Positions 15,822-25,071 are shown, numbered from the stretch's first letter. The stretch: 64,000 bases of DNA from an uncultured Actinomycetota bacterium (GCA_963725915.1 CAVSAL010000006.1:50729-114728), one strand, 5' to 3'. Notes: generated from the letters alone by a model not told the origin. Numbers and translations are program-made.

Positions 15822-16988
15822 ATGGAGACCGACCAGCGTCATTTGCCTGAGGGACAGTCATCGCTGGAGTGTGGTGACCGTTGGTCCGACGCTTGCTCTG
15901 TGAGGTCACCTGACGGGTCCTCGACGGAAGGCGGCTTGCTCGCGGGCCGCATCGAAAGCGTCCAGCGCGAAGCCACGGATGCGGTAGCTGCTGCCAGTAG
16001 CACCGCTGAGTTGCGGCGAGTGCGCGCCAGGTTCCTCGGGCGCAAGGCCGAGCTCCCGAGCATGTTGCGATCCATAGGGCAGCTTCCGTTCGCCGAGCGC
16101 GTCGCGATTGGCGTCGCCGGCAATCGTCTGCGTCGCGACCTGGAGCGCATCGTTGCGTCCCGTCTGGAGGCGTTGAGAGACGCAGAGCTCGAGGAGCAGA
16201 TGACGAGAGACCGGACCGATTTGACGCTTCCCGGCGTGCCGCCGGGGCGCCTCGGACGGATGCACCTACTTACGTGGACGCAGCGTGAGATCGAGGACAT
16301 CTTCGTCAGCCTCGGCTTCACGGTGATGGAAGGACCCGAGGTCGAGACGGCTTACTACAACTTCGATGCGCTCAACCACAGCTCCACTCACCCGGCGCGA
16401 GAGCGCAGCGACACCTTCTACATCTGCGATGATGTGCTTCTACGCACTCACACCTCGCCGATGCAGATAAGAGCCATGGAGCAGCATCTTCCGCCGCTGT
16501 TCATGATCAGCCCCGGCCGAACGTACAGGCGCGATTCAGATGCGACGCACACGCCGCAGTTCCATCAGGTCGAGGGTCTGGCCGTCGCCGAGAATCTCAC
16601 GCTCGCAGACCTCAAGGGAACTTTGCTGGAGTTCGCGCGGCAGTTCTTCGGGTCCGACCGCGAGGTGCGCCTGCGAAGTCATTTCTTTCCGTTCACCGAG
16701 CCGTCGATAGAGGTCGACGTCTCATGCTTCAATTGCCAGAATGGAGGCACGAAGGGCGGGGCGCGCTGCCATGTGTGCAAGGACGAGCGGTGGCTCGAGA
16801 TCCTTGGTGCCGGGATGATCGACCCTGCCGTCCTGGGAGCGATTCGCAACAGCGCGTATGATCCGGAGCGCATCCAGGGCTTCGTGTGGGGGATGGGGAT
16901 CGAGCGCGTTGCGATGCTACGGCATGGATTGCCCAGCTTGCGTTTGTTCTTGGACAACGACGTGCGCGTCCTGGAGCAGTTCGGGTGA
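15822..16988 (+). CDS. pheS: Phenylalanine--tRNA ligase alpha subunit, divergent paralog-like copy (start may be TTG 15936)
   Basis: FLGRK coiled coil, NFDALN..HPAR..DTFY, LRTHTSP, GRTYRRD, FHQVEG, FPFTEPS, Cys-rich insert; motif 3 reads GFVWGMGIER. Confidence 0.93.
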   Translation: METDQRHLPEGQSSLECGDRWSDACSVRSPDGSSTEGGLLAGRIESVQREATDAVAAASSTAELRRVRARFLGRKAELPSMLRSIGQLPFAERVAIGVAGNRLRRDLERIVASRLEALRDAELEEQMTRDRTDLTLPGVPPGRLGRMHLLTWTQREIEDIFVSLGFTVMEGPEVETAYYNFDALNHSSTHPARERSDTFYICDDVLLRTHTSPMQIRAMEQHLPPLFMISPGRTYRRDSDATHTPQFHQVEGLAVAENLTLADLKGTLLEFARQFFGSDREVRLRSHFFPFTEPSIEVDVSCFNCQNGGTKGGARCHVCKDERWLEILGAGMIDPAVLGAIRNSAYDPERIQGFVWGMGIERVAMLRHGLPSLRLFLDNDVRVLEQFG

Positions 16989-19042
16989 AGATCCCATACG
17001 AGTGGCTGCGTGCCTACTGTGCGCCCGATCTCGATCTCGACACGCTCGCTGAACGGCTCACCGTGACGGGCACCAAGGTCAATGCGATTGCAAACAATGT
17101 CATTGAGCTGGAGATCACCGCCAATCGACCAGACTGCCTCGGCATATACGGCGTTGCACGCGAGGTACACGCTGCGACTGGAGCCAGACTCGCAGCAGCA
17201 CCGTGGGCTGATGAGGATATCGGCACGCCGGGCACCGTAGCCGACCTCATCGTTACCGTCGACGCACCAGCGCTCTGCCCGCGATTCACGGCACGAGTTT
17301 TCGATGACGTACACGTCGGACCGTCTCCACGCTGGATGCGCGACCGTCTGGTTGCAGCGGGGTATCGCACGATCAACAACGTCGTCGACATTGGCAACTA
17401 CGCGATGTTGCTGACTGGGCATCCGCTGAACGCCTTTGACCTGGACCATGTGACCGGCGAGCGCCTGACCGTGCGCCGCGCGCACGAGAGCGAGACGATC
17501 GTCACGGTCGATGGAGCAAGGCGTGCGCTTGGCAGCGACATGCCTGTCGCTGCCGATCGCGACGGGCCGATCGCGATCGGCGGGATCATCGCCGGCGCAC
17601 GCTGCGCCGTTCGCGAGCATACGACGCGCGTGGTGATGGAGTCCTCGTCCTGGACTGGTCCCGATGTCATGCGCACTGCTGCGATCCTTCGCTGCCGCAC
17701 AGATGCGAGCAGTCGGTTTGCGAAGGGTCTGGCTCCCGAGCAAGCGATTGATGCGCAGTGCGTGTTGACCCGGCTGATGGTCGAGTTGGCGAAGGCGCGC
17801 TTGCGCCCCGGCACCATCGATGTTGTACATGGCCCCTGCCTGACCTCGTCGTTCATTCGGCTGCGTCTGCACAAGGTCGGCCGACTGCTCGGAAGCGCGA
17901 TCTCACCCAGACGGGCGCGCTTTACGCTTGAGGCGCTCGGCTTCGACGTCACCGACATCGGGAACGGCGAGCTGGAAGTGAACGTGCCACCGTATCGACG
18001 CAACGACGTTGTGCGCGAGGTTAACTTGATAGAGGAGATCGGTCGCTTTGCACTGGCTGACCTGCCCGCGACTCTGCCACGCAGTTGACCGGCTGCGCGC
18101 CTGTCTCTCGAGCAGCGCCAGCGTCGCCGTGCGCTCGACGTGCTCGTTGCCGGCGGCCTGCACCAGGTGGTCGGATGGTCGTTTGCCGACCCCTCGGCGG
18201 CCGAGCGGCTGCGGCTCGACGCCCAGGACCGACGAAGGCGCTCAGTTGTGCTGGAGAATCCGATGAGCTCGCTTCAGGCGGTGCTGCGGACAATGTTGCT
18301 CAGCTCACTGCTGGACATCGCCCGCTGCAACGTCAGCAAAGGTCAGGCAGATCTGCGACTGTTCGAGACAGGCAACGTATACGAGCCGATCGAGGGCAAG
18401 TCGCTTCCCCGCGAACGCCTATCGTTGTGCGTGCTCGTCCACGGTGCCGTCGCCGACTGCTCGTGGAGCGATCGGCGTCCGGTGGCGAACTCGATGCCTG
18501 CGAAGGCGGCGTTTGCGGCAAAGGGGGCACTAGAGCTCCTTGCACAAGCGTTGCGAGTGGATATCGCGGTCGATCAGGCGTTCCCACCGGAGCCCTTCCT
18601 GCATCCGGGCCAAAGCGGGCGAGTGCTCGCAGGTGGCGAAGATATCGGTTGGATCGGGGCTCTCCACCCGATGGTCGCCGATACCTGGACCCTTGACGAT
18701 ACCGGATGCTTCGAACTCGACCTGGACCGGCTGCTTGGACGGGCGCAGACCACACCGCTCTACCAGGATCGCTTGTTTAGAACGGAGGAGCAGGACTTTT
18801 CGGTCGTCGTTGCGTGCGATGTGCCAGCGCACGATGTGCTGGAGGCTGTTCGTCGTCACGCCGTCGAAGCGAAGATCGTCGGCCTCTTCACCGGGGAGCA
18901 GATCCCCGCCAGTGAGAAGTCGGTGGCTGTGCGTTGTGCTTTCCCCGTACCGGCGGAGACCGGACAAAGAGCAGAGCATCTGGCGGCTCAGCGGGCGCAC
19001 GTCATTGCGAGCTTGGCCGAGATCGGAGGGCGCATCGACTAA
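16985..19042 (+). CDS. pheT: Phenylalanine--tRNA ligase beta subunit, B2-less, interrupted by an in-frame TGA at 18086-18088 (split gene or pseudogene)
   Basis: GTGA overlap with pheS. MKIPYEWL..., ITANRPDCL, INNVVDI, RTDASSRF, VPPYRRND..EEIGR, NPMS...LR, RLFETG, FLHPG and a C-terminal anticodon-binding domain. ORFs 16886..18088 and 18140..19042 share one frame. Confidence 0.9.
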
Positions 19043-19943
19043 GAAGGTCTTTCAAAATGGAGGGGTTGGGCTGTGGGTCTTGAATCTTTGGGGTGTGTCC
19101 CCGAGGATTGGAGGTCGTGGAGGTGCCTTCCAGGTTCGAGATCAGTGATGAGTTGTGGGTGGAGGTCGAGCCGTTGATCCCGCCGCGAGTTCGTCGTCGT
19201 CGCAACCCAGGGCGTAAGGCGATCGATGATCGTCTGGTGCTCAACGGGATCTTGCATGTGCTGCACACGGGCATCGCCTGGGAGGATCTTCCGCGCGAGT
19301 ACGGCTATGGCTCCGGGGTGACGTGTTGGCGAAGATTGCGGACGTGGCAGAAGGCCGGTGTGTGGGATGCGCTGCACCAAAAGCTGCTGGTGAAGCTGAA
19401 CGCCGCGGGGAAGATCGACTGGTCCCGCGCGGCGGTTGACGCCAGCCATATTCGTGCTCTTTTGGGGGGCTCCTGACGGGGCCATCCCCGGTAGATCGTG
19501 CCCGCACGGGCTCAAAGCACCATCTGCTGGTTGACGCGAGCGGCATCCCGCTTGCGGTCGCTCTGACCGGCGGGCACCGCCACGATGTCACTCAGTTGCT
19601 GCCACTGATCGAGGATCTGCATTCAAGGCCGGTCGCTGGCAAGCGCGGCCGGCCACGCCAGAAACCCGATCGTGTTCTCGCTGATCGTGGCTATGACTTC
19701 GACAAGCACCGCCGGCTCCTGCGGGCTCTCGGGATCACTCCCGTGATCGCCCGCCGTGGCACTGCCAACGGCTCCGGCCTCGGACGCGAGCGCTGGGTCG
19801 TCGAGCGCGGCTTCGCACACCTACACAACTTCCGCCGCCTCAGAATCCGCTACGAGCGCGACCCCGACATGCACACCGCGTTCCTCACACTCGCCTGCTC
19901 AATCCTCTGCTGGCGACGCCTACAACCATTTTGAAAGACCTTC
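19043..19943 (+). mobile_element. IS5-family insertion sequence (~901 bp, IS427-like two-ORF type)
   Basis: Terminal inverted repeats GAAGGTCTTTCAAAATGG / CCATTTTGAAAGACCTTC, TAA on both flanks, transposase inside. Confidence 0.92.
19123..19934 (+). CDS. IS5-family transposase, OrfA+OrfB joined by a -1 frameshift
   Basis: OrfA: ISDELW..VEPLIP, VLHTGIAWEDLP, VDASHIRA. Slippery TTTTGGGGGG near 19460. OrfB: DRARTGSKHHL, ADRGYD, RWVVERGFA..RRLRIRYER. Confidence 0.9.
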
Positions 19944-19946
19944 TAA

Positions 19947-20031
19947 GAAGGTCTTTCAAAATAGGCGGTGCGGTCGGGGCGTGCATGGACCGGTGCGCAT
20001 CCGGGCGTGACGATCTTTTTGAAAGACCTTC
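19947..20031. mobile_element. 85-bp MITE sharing the IS5 terminal inverted repeats
   Basis: GAAGGTCTTTCAAAA ... TTTTGAAAGACCTTC flanked by TAA (19944-46, 20032-34); too short to encode a transposase. Confidence 0.85.
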
Positions 20032-20114
20032 TAAACCCGCGCCGCGCGCCCGAACGCCACCGCCAGAATCGTCACGTAAGCCCGAAACCCCTGATTCCAA
20101 GCCATTTCCAACCA

Positions 20115-20187
20115 AGCGGCGGACGGGGATCGAACCCGCGACCCCGAGCTTGGGAAGCTCGTGCTCTACCAGCTGAGCTACCGCCGC
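20115..20187 (-). tRNA. tRNA-Gly(CCC)
   Basis: GCGGCGGTAGCTCAGCTGGTAGAGCACGAGCTTCCCAAGCTCGGGGTCGCGGGTTCGATCCCCGTCCGCCGCT; anticodon CCC, U73. Confidence 0.96.
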
Positions 20188-20267
20188 ATGTCTGCGTCGC
20201 GGGCCTCCCTCGCCCACGAGCAGCCTTTGCGCCCGCAACGGTACCGCAGCCCAGCCCGGAGCGCCCG

Positions 20268-21321
20268 TCACCCGGTCGGCCGCGGCCACACGAGCACCGG
20301 GCCGCGGACGCCGAGGCTGACCGAGTCGCCGACATGGATGCGGGCCTCCCCCGGCGCACGCACGACCAGCGGCCGCTCGCCGTCATGCTCGACCAGCTGC
20401 ACCTGCAGCACGGTCTCATGCCCGTGATAGCCCGCTCTGAGGACCCTCCCGGCCGCGCCCTCGGCGCCATCTGAGCGCAGCTCGATCTGCTCAGGGCGAA
20501 TCAGCACGCTGACCTCGCGGGGCACGCTCGCCGGCTCGCCGCGCCACTGGGCCGGCAGGCTGCCAAGCGAGGTCCGCACGAGCTCGCCGTCCGTGGTCCC
20601 TGCGATCAGGTTGGCCTCTCCCACGAAGCGCGCGACCTCGTCGTCCACCGGCCAGGCGTAGAGGTCCTGCGGCGGGGCGCACTGGACGATCGTGCCTTCA
20701 CGCAGGACGGCGACCTGGTCGGCCAGCGAGAGCGCCTCGTCCTGGTCGTGGGTGACAAGCAGCGTCGTCGTCCCCGACTCGCGCAGGATCCGCTGCACTT
20801 GCTCCCTGACGCTCGCGCGCATGTGCGCGTCAAGCGAGGCGAACGGCTCATCCAGCAGCACTATCTCCGGCGCCACGGCCAGCGCCCTGGCAAGCGCTAC
20901 GCGCTGCTGTTGGCCGCCGGAGAGCTGGTGCGGGTAGCGCTTTGCCAGATCGGCGAGGCCAACCAGGCTCGAGCAGGCCGTCCGCCCCGCGCCGGCGCAT
21001 CTTGCGCGGCAGCCCGAAGGCGACGTTCGCCGCAACGGTGAGATGCGGGAAGAGGCCGCCCTCCTGGGGCACGTAGCCGATCTCGCGGTGCTCGGGATCG
21101 ACATGCTCATCCCCGCCATCGACGACCCTCCCACCGATCTTCACGGTGCCGTGGTCAGGCGCCTCGAAGCCGGCCAGCAGGCGCAGCAACGTGGTCTTGC
21201 CGCTGCCGGAGGGGCCGAGGATCGCCGTGAAGGACCCCGCCTGCGCCTGCAGATGCAGGCCGCTGAGGACCGAATGCGTCCCGAAGCTCTTGTGCAGGTC
21301 TGTGACGAGGAGATCGCTCAT
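20268..21321 (-). CDS. Fe3+ ABC transporter ATP-binding subunit (FbpC-like), frameshift near 20970
   Basis: GPSGSGKT in ORF 20848..21321; LSGGQQQR, LLDEP, VTHD and a TOBE-like tail in ORF 20268..21134. Confidence 0.88.
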
Positions 21322-22931
21322 TGGGCAACCGTCGCACGGGCGGGAAGCCGGTCGAAGAAGCGGCCGAGCACGTAGCTCGGCAGCGCAGCGATCAGGATGA
21401 TCGCAAGCGCGAATGGCGCGGCCTGCCCGTAGGCGAGGTTCTGCTGGTAGGCCCAGAACTGCGTAGAGAGCGTCTGCACGCCGGTCGGGATCAGGATCAG
21501 GGTCGCGGTGAGCTCGGTCACCGCCTCGAGGAACACCAGGCAGAAGGCCGCGGCCAGCCCGGGCCCAATCAGCGGCAGCGTGACGCGCCGCAGCACTGCG
21601 AGCCGACCATGTCCCAGAGACCGGGCGACCTCTTCGATGCCCGGCGGAGCTTGCACCACCGAGGCGCGCACCCCGACGAGCGCGAGTGGGAAGAACATGA
21701 TCGAATAAGCGATCACGAGCAGCGGAGCGCTCTGGTAGAGGAAGCCGCCCGCGTAGCGCTCGGTGAAGTAGGAGAGCGCAAGCGCGATCACAAGGCCGGG
21801 CATCGCCAGCACGAGGTAGGTGCTGCGCTCCAGCAGCTGGTAGGAGCGGTTGCGATGGCGAACCGCAAGCAGAGCCACAGGCAGCGCCATCAGGCTCGCC
21901 AGCGCCGCGGCGATGCCGCTGTAGAGAGCCGTGTGCCAGGCGGCGGACAGCAGCGAGACCCCGGTGAGGTAGGAGCGCCCCGCCTCGATCATCCAGTAGA
22001 CCGCGGAGCCGACCGGGACGCCGAGCGCCAACGCGACGAGCAGCGCAAATCCCGCGAGCACAACCGGCTTTGAGCGCCCGAGCGCCCGCGGCGAGACAAC
22101 CCGCTGAGCCATCCCACCAGCCCTGCTGAGGCGGCCGCGACCGCGCGCGAGCCCCTCGCCGCAGAGCACCGCGAAGCTGAGCAGCACCAGCACGAGCGAT
22201 AGCGCCGAGGCCGCGGCGACGTTGAAGGAGACGTTGAACTCCGTGAAGATCTCGGTCGTGAAGGTCTGGTAGCCGAGGATCTTAAACGCTCCGTACTCGG
22301 CCAGCAGCACGAGCGCGACGAGCAGGCAGCCGCCGAGGATCGCCACCCGCGCCTGACCGATCGTGATCCGCCAAAACGTCGCAAAGCGTCCTGCGCCGAG
22401 GCTGCGCGCGACCTCCTCCTGGCCGGGGTCGGCATTGCGGAAGCTCGCGGCCACCGGCAGGTAGACCAGCGGATAGACCGCGAGCGTCATCACCAGGACG
22501 GCGCCCTGGAAGCCCTGCACCGAGGTGCTCAGCGACGCCCAGCCGAAGCTGACCACGAAGTCCGGGATCGCCAGCGGCACGACCACGAGCACCGCCCAGA
22601 TCCTGCGCCCCGGCAGGTCTGTGCGCTCCACGAACCAGGCCGCCGCAGTCCCGATCGCCGCGCACAGCGCCGTGACCACGACGGTCAGCCTGACGGTGTT
22701 CCACAGCAGGCTCGCGGTCAGCGAGCGGAAGATGAGGCTCAGGACCGTGGAGGTCCCGGCGCCCTGCGCCTCGATCAGCAGGAAGGCGAGCGGCAGGATC
22801 AGGACGACCGCGACGGCGGCGCTGGCCCCGAGCAGCCCCCACGGCCGCGGGGCGCGACGCGAGGCCACGATCGCAGCCCCCGCGCCCGCCGGCTGCGCTC
22901 TGGCCGGGGGGATCGCGGTGCTCGGTCCCAT
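21318..22931 (-). CDS. Fe3+ ABC transporter permease (FbpB-like)
   Basis: Duplicated permease with two EEVARSLG (EAA) loops; ERTDLPGRR; ATG 22931. Confidence 0.9.
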   Translation of the reverse strand: MGPSTAIPPARAQPAGAGAAIVASRRAPRPWGLLGASAAVAVVLILPLAFLLIEAQGAGTSTVLSLIFRSLTASLLWNTVRLTVVVTALCAAIGTAAAWFVERTDLPGRRIWAVLVVVPLAIPDFVVSFGWASLSTSVQGFQGAVLVMTLAVYPLVYLPVAASFRNADPGQEEVARSLGAGRFATFWRITIGQARVAILGGCLLVALVLLAEYGAFKILGYQTFTTEIFTEFNVSFNVAAASALSLVLVLLSFAVLCGEGLARGRGRLSRAGGMAQRVVSPRALGRSKPVVLAGFALLVALALGVPVGSAVYWMIEAGRSYLTGVSLLSAAWHTALYSGIAAALASLMALPVALLAVRHRNRSYQLLERSTYLVLAMPGLVIALALSYFTERYAGGFLYQSAPLLVIAYSIMFFPLALVGVRASVVQAPPGIEEVARSLGHGRLAVLRRVTLPLIGPGLAAAFCLVFLEAVTELTATLILIPTGVQTLSTQFWAYQQNLAYGQAAPFALAIILIAALPSYVLGRFFDRLPARATVAQ

Positions 22932-22938
22932 CACCGCC

Positions 22939-23964
22939 TCACAGCAGCCCCGCTTGGCGCAGCAGCGAGATCGCCGTGGACCCGTCGCCGAGCTCGGGGA
23001 TCGTGATCGAGCTCGGCTGCAGCTTGCTGAAGGGGGTCTCGGGCGCGGCCGTGAGCACCCCCGAGGCGATCGGATACTCGAAGCTGATCGAGTGGGCGAT
23101 GATCTCCTGGCCCTGCCTGCTGACCAGGAAGGCAAGGAACTTCTGCGCGGCGGCCTTGTGCGCGGAGGACTTCAGGACCGCGGCCCCTGAGACGTCGATC
23201 ACGTAGCCGGGATCCCGGGGGGCGAAGTAGGCGATCTTGGAATGGATGTTGGAGGCGCCGATCTCCGCTCGCATCCGGTACCAGTAGTACTGGTTGATTA
23301 CCCCGAAGGCGACCGCCCCGCGGTTGACCTCGTCGGCGATCGTCTCGTTGTCTGGATATATGTGGCTGCCAGCGTTGGCCTTGATCCCTTCAAGCCACTT
23401 CAGCGTCGCGGCCTGTCCGTAGGTGCGCGCATAGGAGGTGACGATCGGCTGGAAGTCGGTCTCCCCCGCGGCGAAGGCGAGCTTGCCGCTGTACTTCGCC
23501 TCGGCAAGCTCGCCGACCTTGGTGGGCAGCTGGCTGGCAGCGATCAGGCTGGGGTTGTAGATCAGCACGCTGACGCGAGCAGAGACGCCAACCCAGTCTC
23601 CCTGTGGCGAGCTGTACCTGCTCGGGGTGTCCGCGAGCGTCGAGGGCAAGACCGGCGCGAGCAGCCCCTTGCCCTGCAGGTACTCCAGCACGGGCGAGTT
23701 CTCGGTGTAGATCGCGTCGGCTGGCGAGTTGGGTCCCTCGGTCACGATCTGGTCGGCAAGCGTGTCCTCGTCGTCACTTCGCACGTTCACTTGGATTCCG
23801 CTCGATTTTTCGAAGGCGGCGACCAGTGAGTCCGTGGTCTGCACGTGCTGGCCGTTGTAGAGGGTCAGCGACCGGCTCGAGGAGGAGCCTCCGCAGCCGG
23901 CCAGCGGGCCGCAGAGCAGCACCAGCGCGACCGCAGCGAGGCAACGGGCCTTGCACGTGCTCAT
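22939..23964 (-). CDS. Fe3+ ABC transporter substrate-binding lipoprotein (FbpA/FutA-like)
   Basis: Lipobox LAGC, LYNGQH, EGPNSPAD, INQYYW (tyrosine pair), SFEYP. Confidence 0.9.
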   Translation of the reverse strand: MSTCKARCLAAVALVLLCGPLAGCGGSSSSRSLTLYNGQHVQTTDSLVAAFEKSSGIQVNVRSDDEDTLADQIVTEGPNSPADAIYTENSPVLEYLQGKGLLAPVLPSTLADTPSRYSSPQGDWVGVSARVSVLIYNPSLIAASQLPTKVGELAEAKYSGKLAFAAGETDFQPIVTSYARTYGQAATLKWLEGIKANAGSHIYPDNETIADEVNRGAVAFGVINQYYWYRMRAEIGASNIHSKIAYFAPRDPGYVIDVSGAAVLKSSAHKAAAQKFLAFLVSRQGQEIIAHSISFEYPIASGVLTAAPETPFSKLQPSSITIPELGDGSTAISLLRQAGLL

Positions 23965-24374
23965 GAGCTCGCCCCTGGACAGATGGCGTCGATCTCCCCG
24001 CTCGCAGCGGCGACGGCGCTCTTGGCCTGCCGACTCGTGCCACCGCTGGCAACGACCGCGGCGTAAGCAGACGCCAGCCTGCTCACTGCCTGGCGCAGCT
24101 TTGGATCGGAGGTGTGCATCCGGCGCAGCGGCAGCACCTGGGCCTCCGCGTAGCCAACCGGATCCGCTTCCGGATCAGGGCCATCGCTGAGCGCCGCTTC
24201 GATCTGCTTGCAGGTCTGCTTGGCGATCTGCGCATTCGAGGAAGCGGCCGTCGAGGACCCGCATGCGGCCACTGGCACCGCCAGCGCCAGCATCGCCGCG
24301 GCAGCGGCGATCGCGCGCGGCAAGCACGTCCTGGCGCTCTCGCTCTGAAGTTGTCTGGTGATTGCGTGTCTCAT
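23961..24374 (-). CDS. Small Cys-containing putative lipoprotein, first gene of the iron operon
   Basis: VAACGSS lipobox; overlaps the SBP start. Confidence 0.6.
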   Translation of the reverse strand: MRHAITRQLQSESARTCLPRAIAAAAAMLALAVPVAACGSSTAASSNAQIAKQTCKQIEAALSDGPDPEADPVGYAEAQVLPLRRMHTSDPKLRQAVSRLASAYAAVVASGGTSRQAKSAVAAASGEIDAICPGASS

Positions 24375-24422
24375 CGTGCGTCCTCCGCGGCTGTCCTCGC
24401 CGCGGCGGCGCGACAATACCAC

Positions 24423-24456
24423 AACTTAGGAGGGCCTAATTAGGGCACCCTAAGTT
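24423..24456. promoter_or_regulatory. Tandem DtxR/IdeR-family operator
   Basis: AAC-TTAGGagggCCTAA-TTAGGgcacCCTAA-GTT: two abutting TTAGG-N4-CCTAA palindromes upstream of an iron-uptake operon. Confidence 0.8.
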
Positions 24457-24517
24457 CGATCGCGCGCGGACGCAGCTCGCCTCGCGCAAGAGCCGCCAAC
24501 TAACCTTTGCCGGGCTG

Positions 24518-25069
24518 ATGAAGTCCCCCGTCCCCACTGTGCTGGTCTCAATTGCCGGCGTCGCGCTGATCGGCCTGCTGATCTACGGCGTCAGCAATCA
24601 GGCTGCCAACCGCAGCCTCGACGAAGCGCTCGCGCACGGCAGCCACCCGATCGCGCCGGACGCCTCCAGGCCGCTGCCGGTGCTCGCCGGCGATGGCGAG
24701 AGCTCGCTGGATGCCTACCGGGGCAAGGTCGTGATCGTCAACTTCTTCGCCTCCTGGTGCGTGGCCTGCCAGGAAGAGTCGCCGCTGCTGGAGCGGACCC
24801 AGCATCGGCTCGAACGCCACGGCGCGACGATCCTCGGCATCACCTACCAGGACGACGCCGGCAAATCCAGGGAATTCCTGCGCCACTACGGGCTGACCTA
24901 TCCGGCCCTGCGCGATGTGAGCGGCGAAATGGCGGCCGCCTACGGCACGCGGCAGCTTCCCGAGAGCTTCCTGGTCGGGCGCGAAGGCCGCATCTACGAC
25001 ATCGAACGCGGCCCGGTCGGCAGCGCCTTCGCGCAGCGCGCCGTGCAGCTTGCGCAGGAGAGCACCTAG
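24518..25069 (+). CDS. TlpA/ResA/CcmG-type thiol:disulfide oxidoreductase
   Basis: N-terminal TM, GKVVIVNFFASWCVAC, LPESF (cis-Pro). Confidence 0.88.
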   Translation: MKSPVPTVLVSIAGVALIGLLIYGVSNQAANRSLDEALAHGSHPIAPDASRPLPVLAGDGESSLDAYRGKVVIVNFFASWCVACQEESPLLERTQHRLERHGATILGITYQDDAGKSREFLRHYGLTYPALRDVSGEMAAAYGTRQLPESFLVGREGRIYDIERGPVGSAFAQRAVQLAQEST

Positions 25070-25071
25070 CG

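Noticed and set aside
18086-18140. pheT TGA as a selenocysteine codon
   Set aside because: Non-catalytic linker position, no clear SECIS hairpin recognised, and no sel genes in the window.
19926-20034. Repeated GAAGGTCTTTCAAAA units as a CRISPR array
   Set aside because: Alternating orientation, identical to the IS ends, no spacer periodicity and no cas genes.
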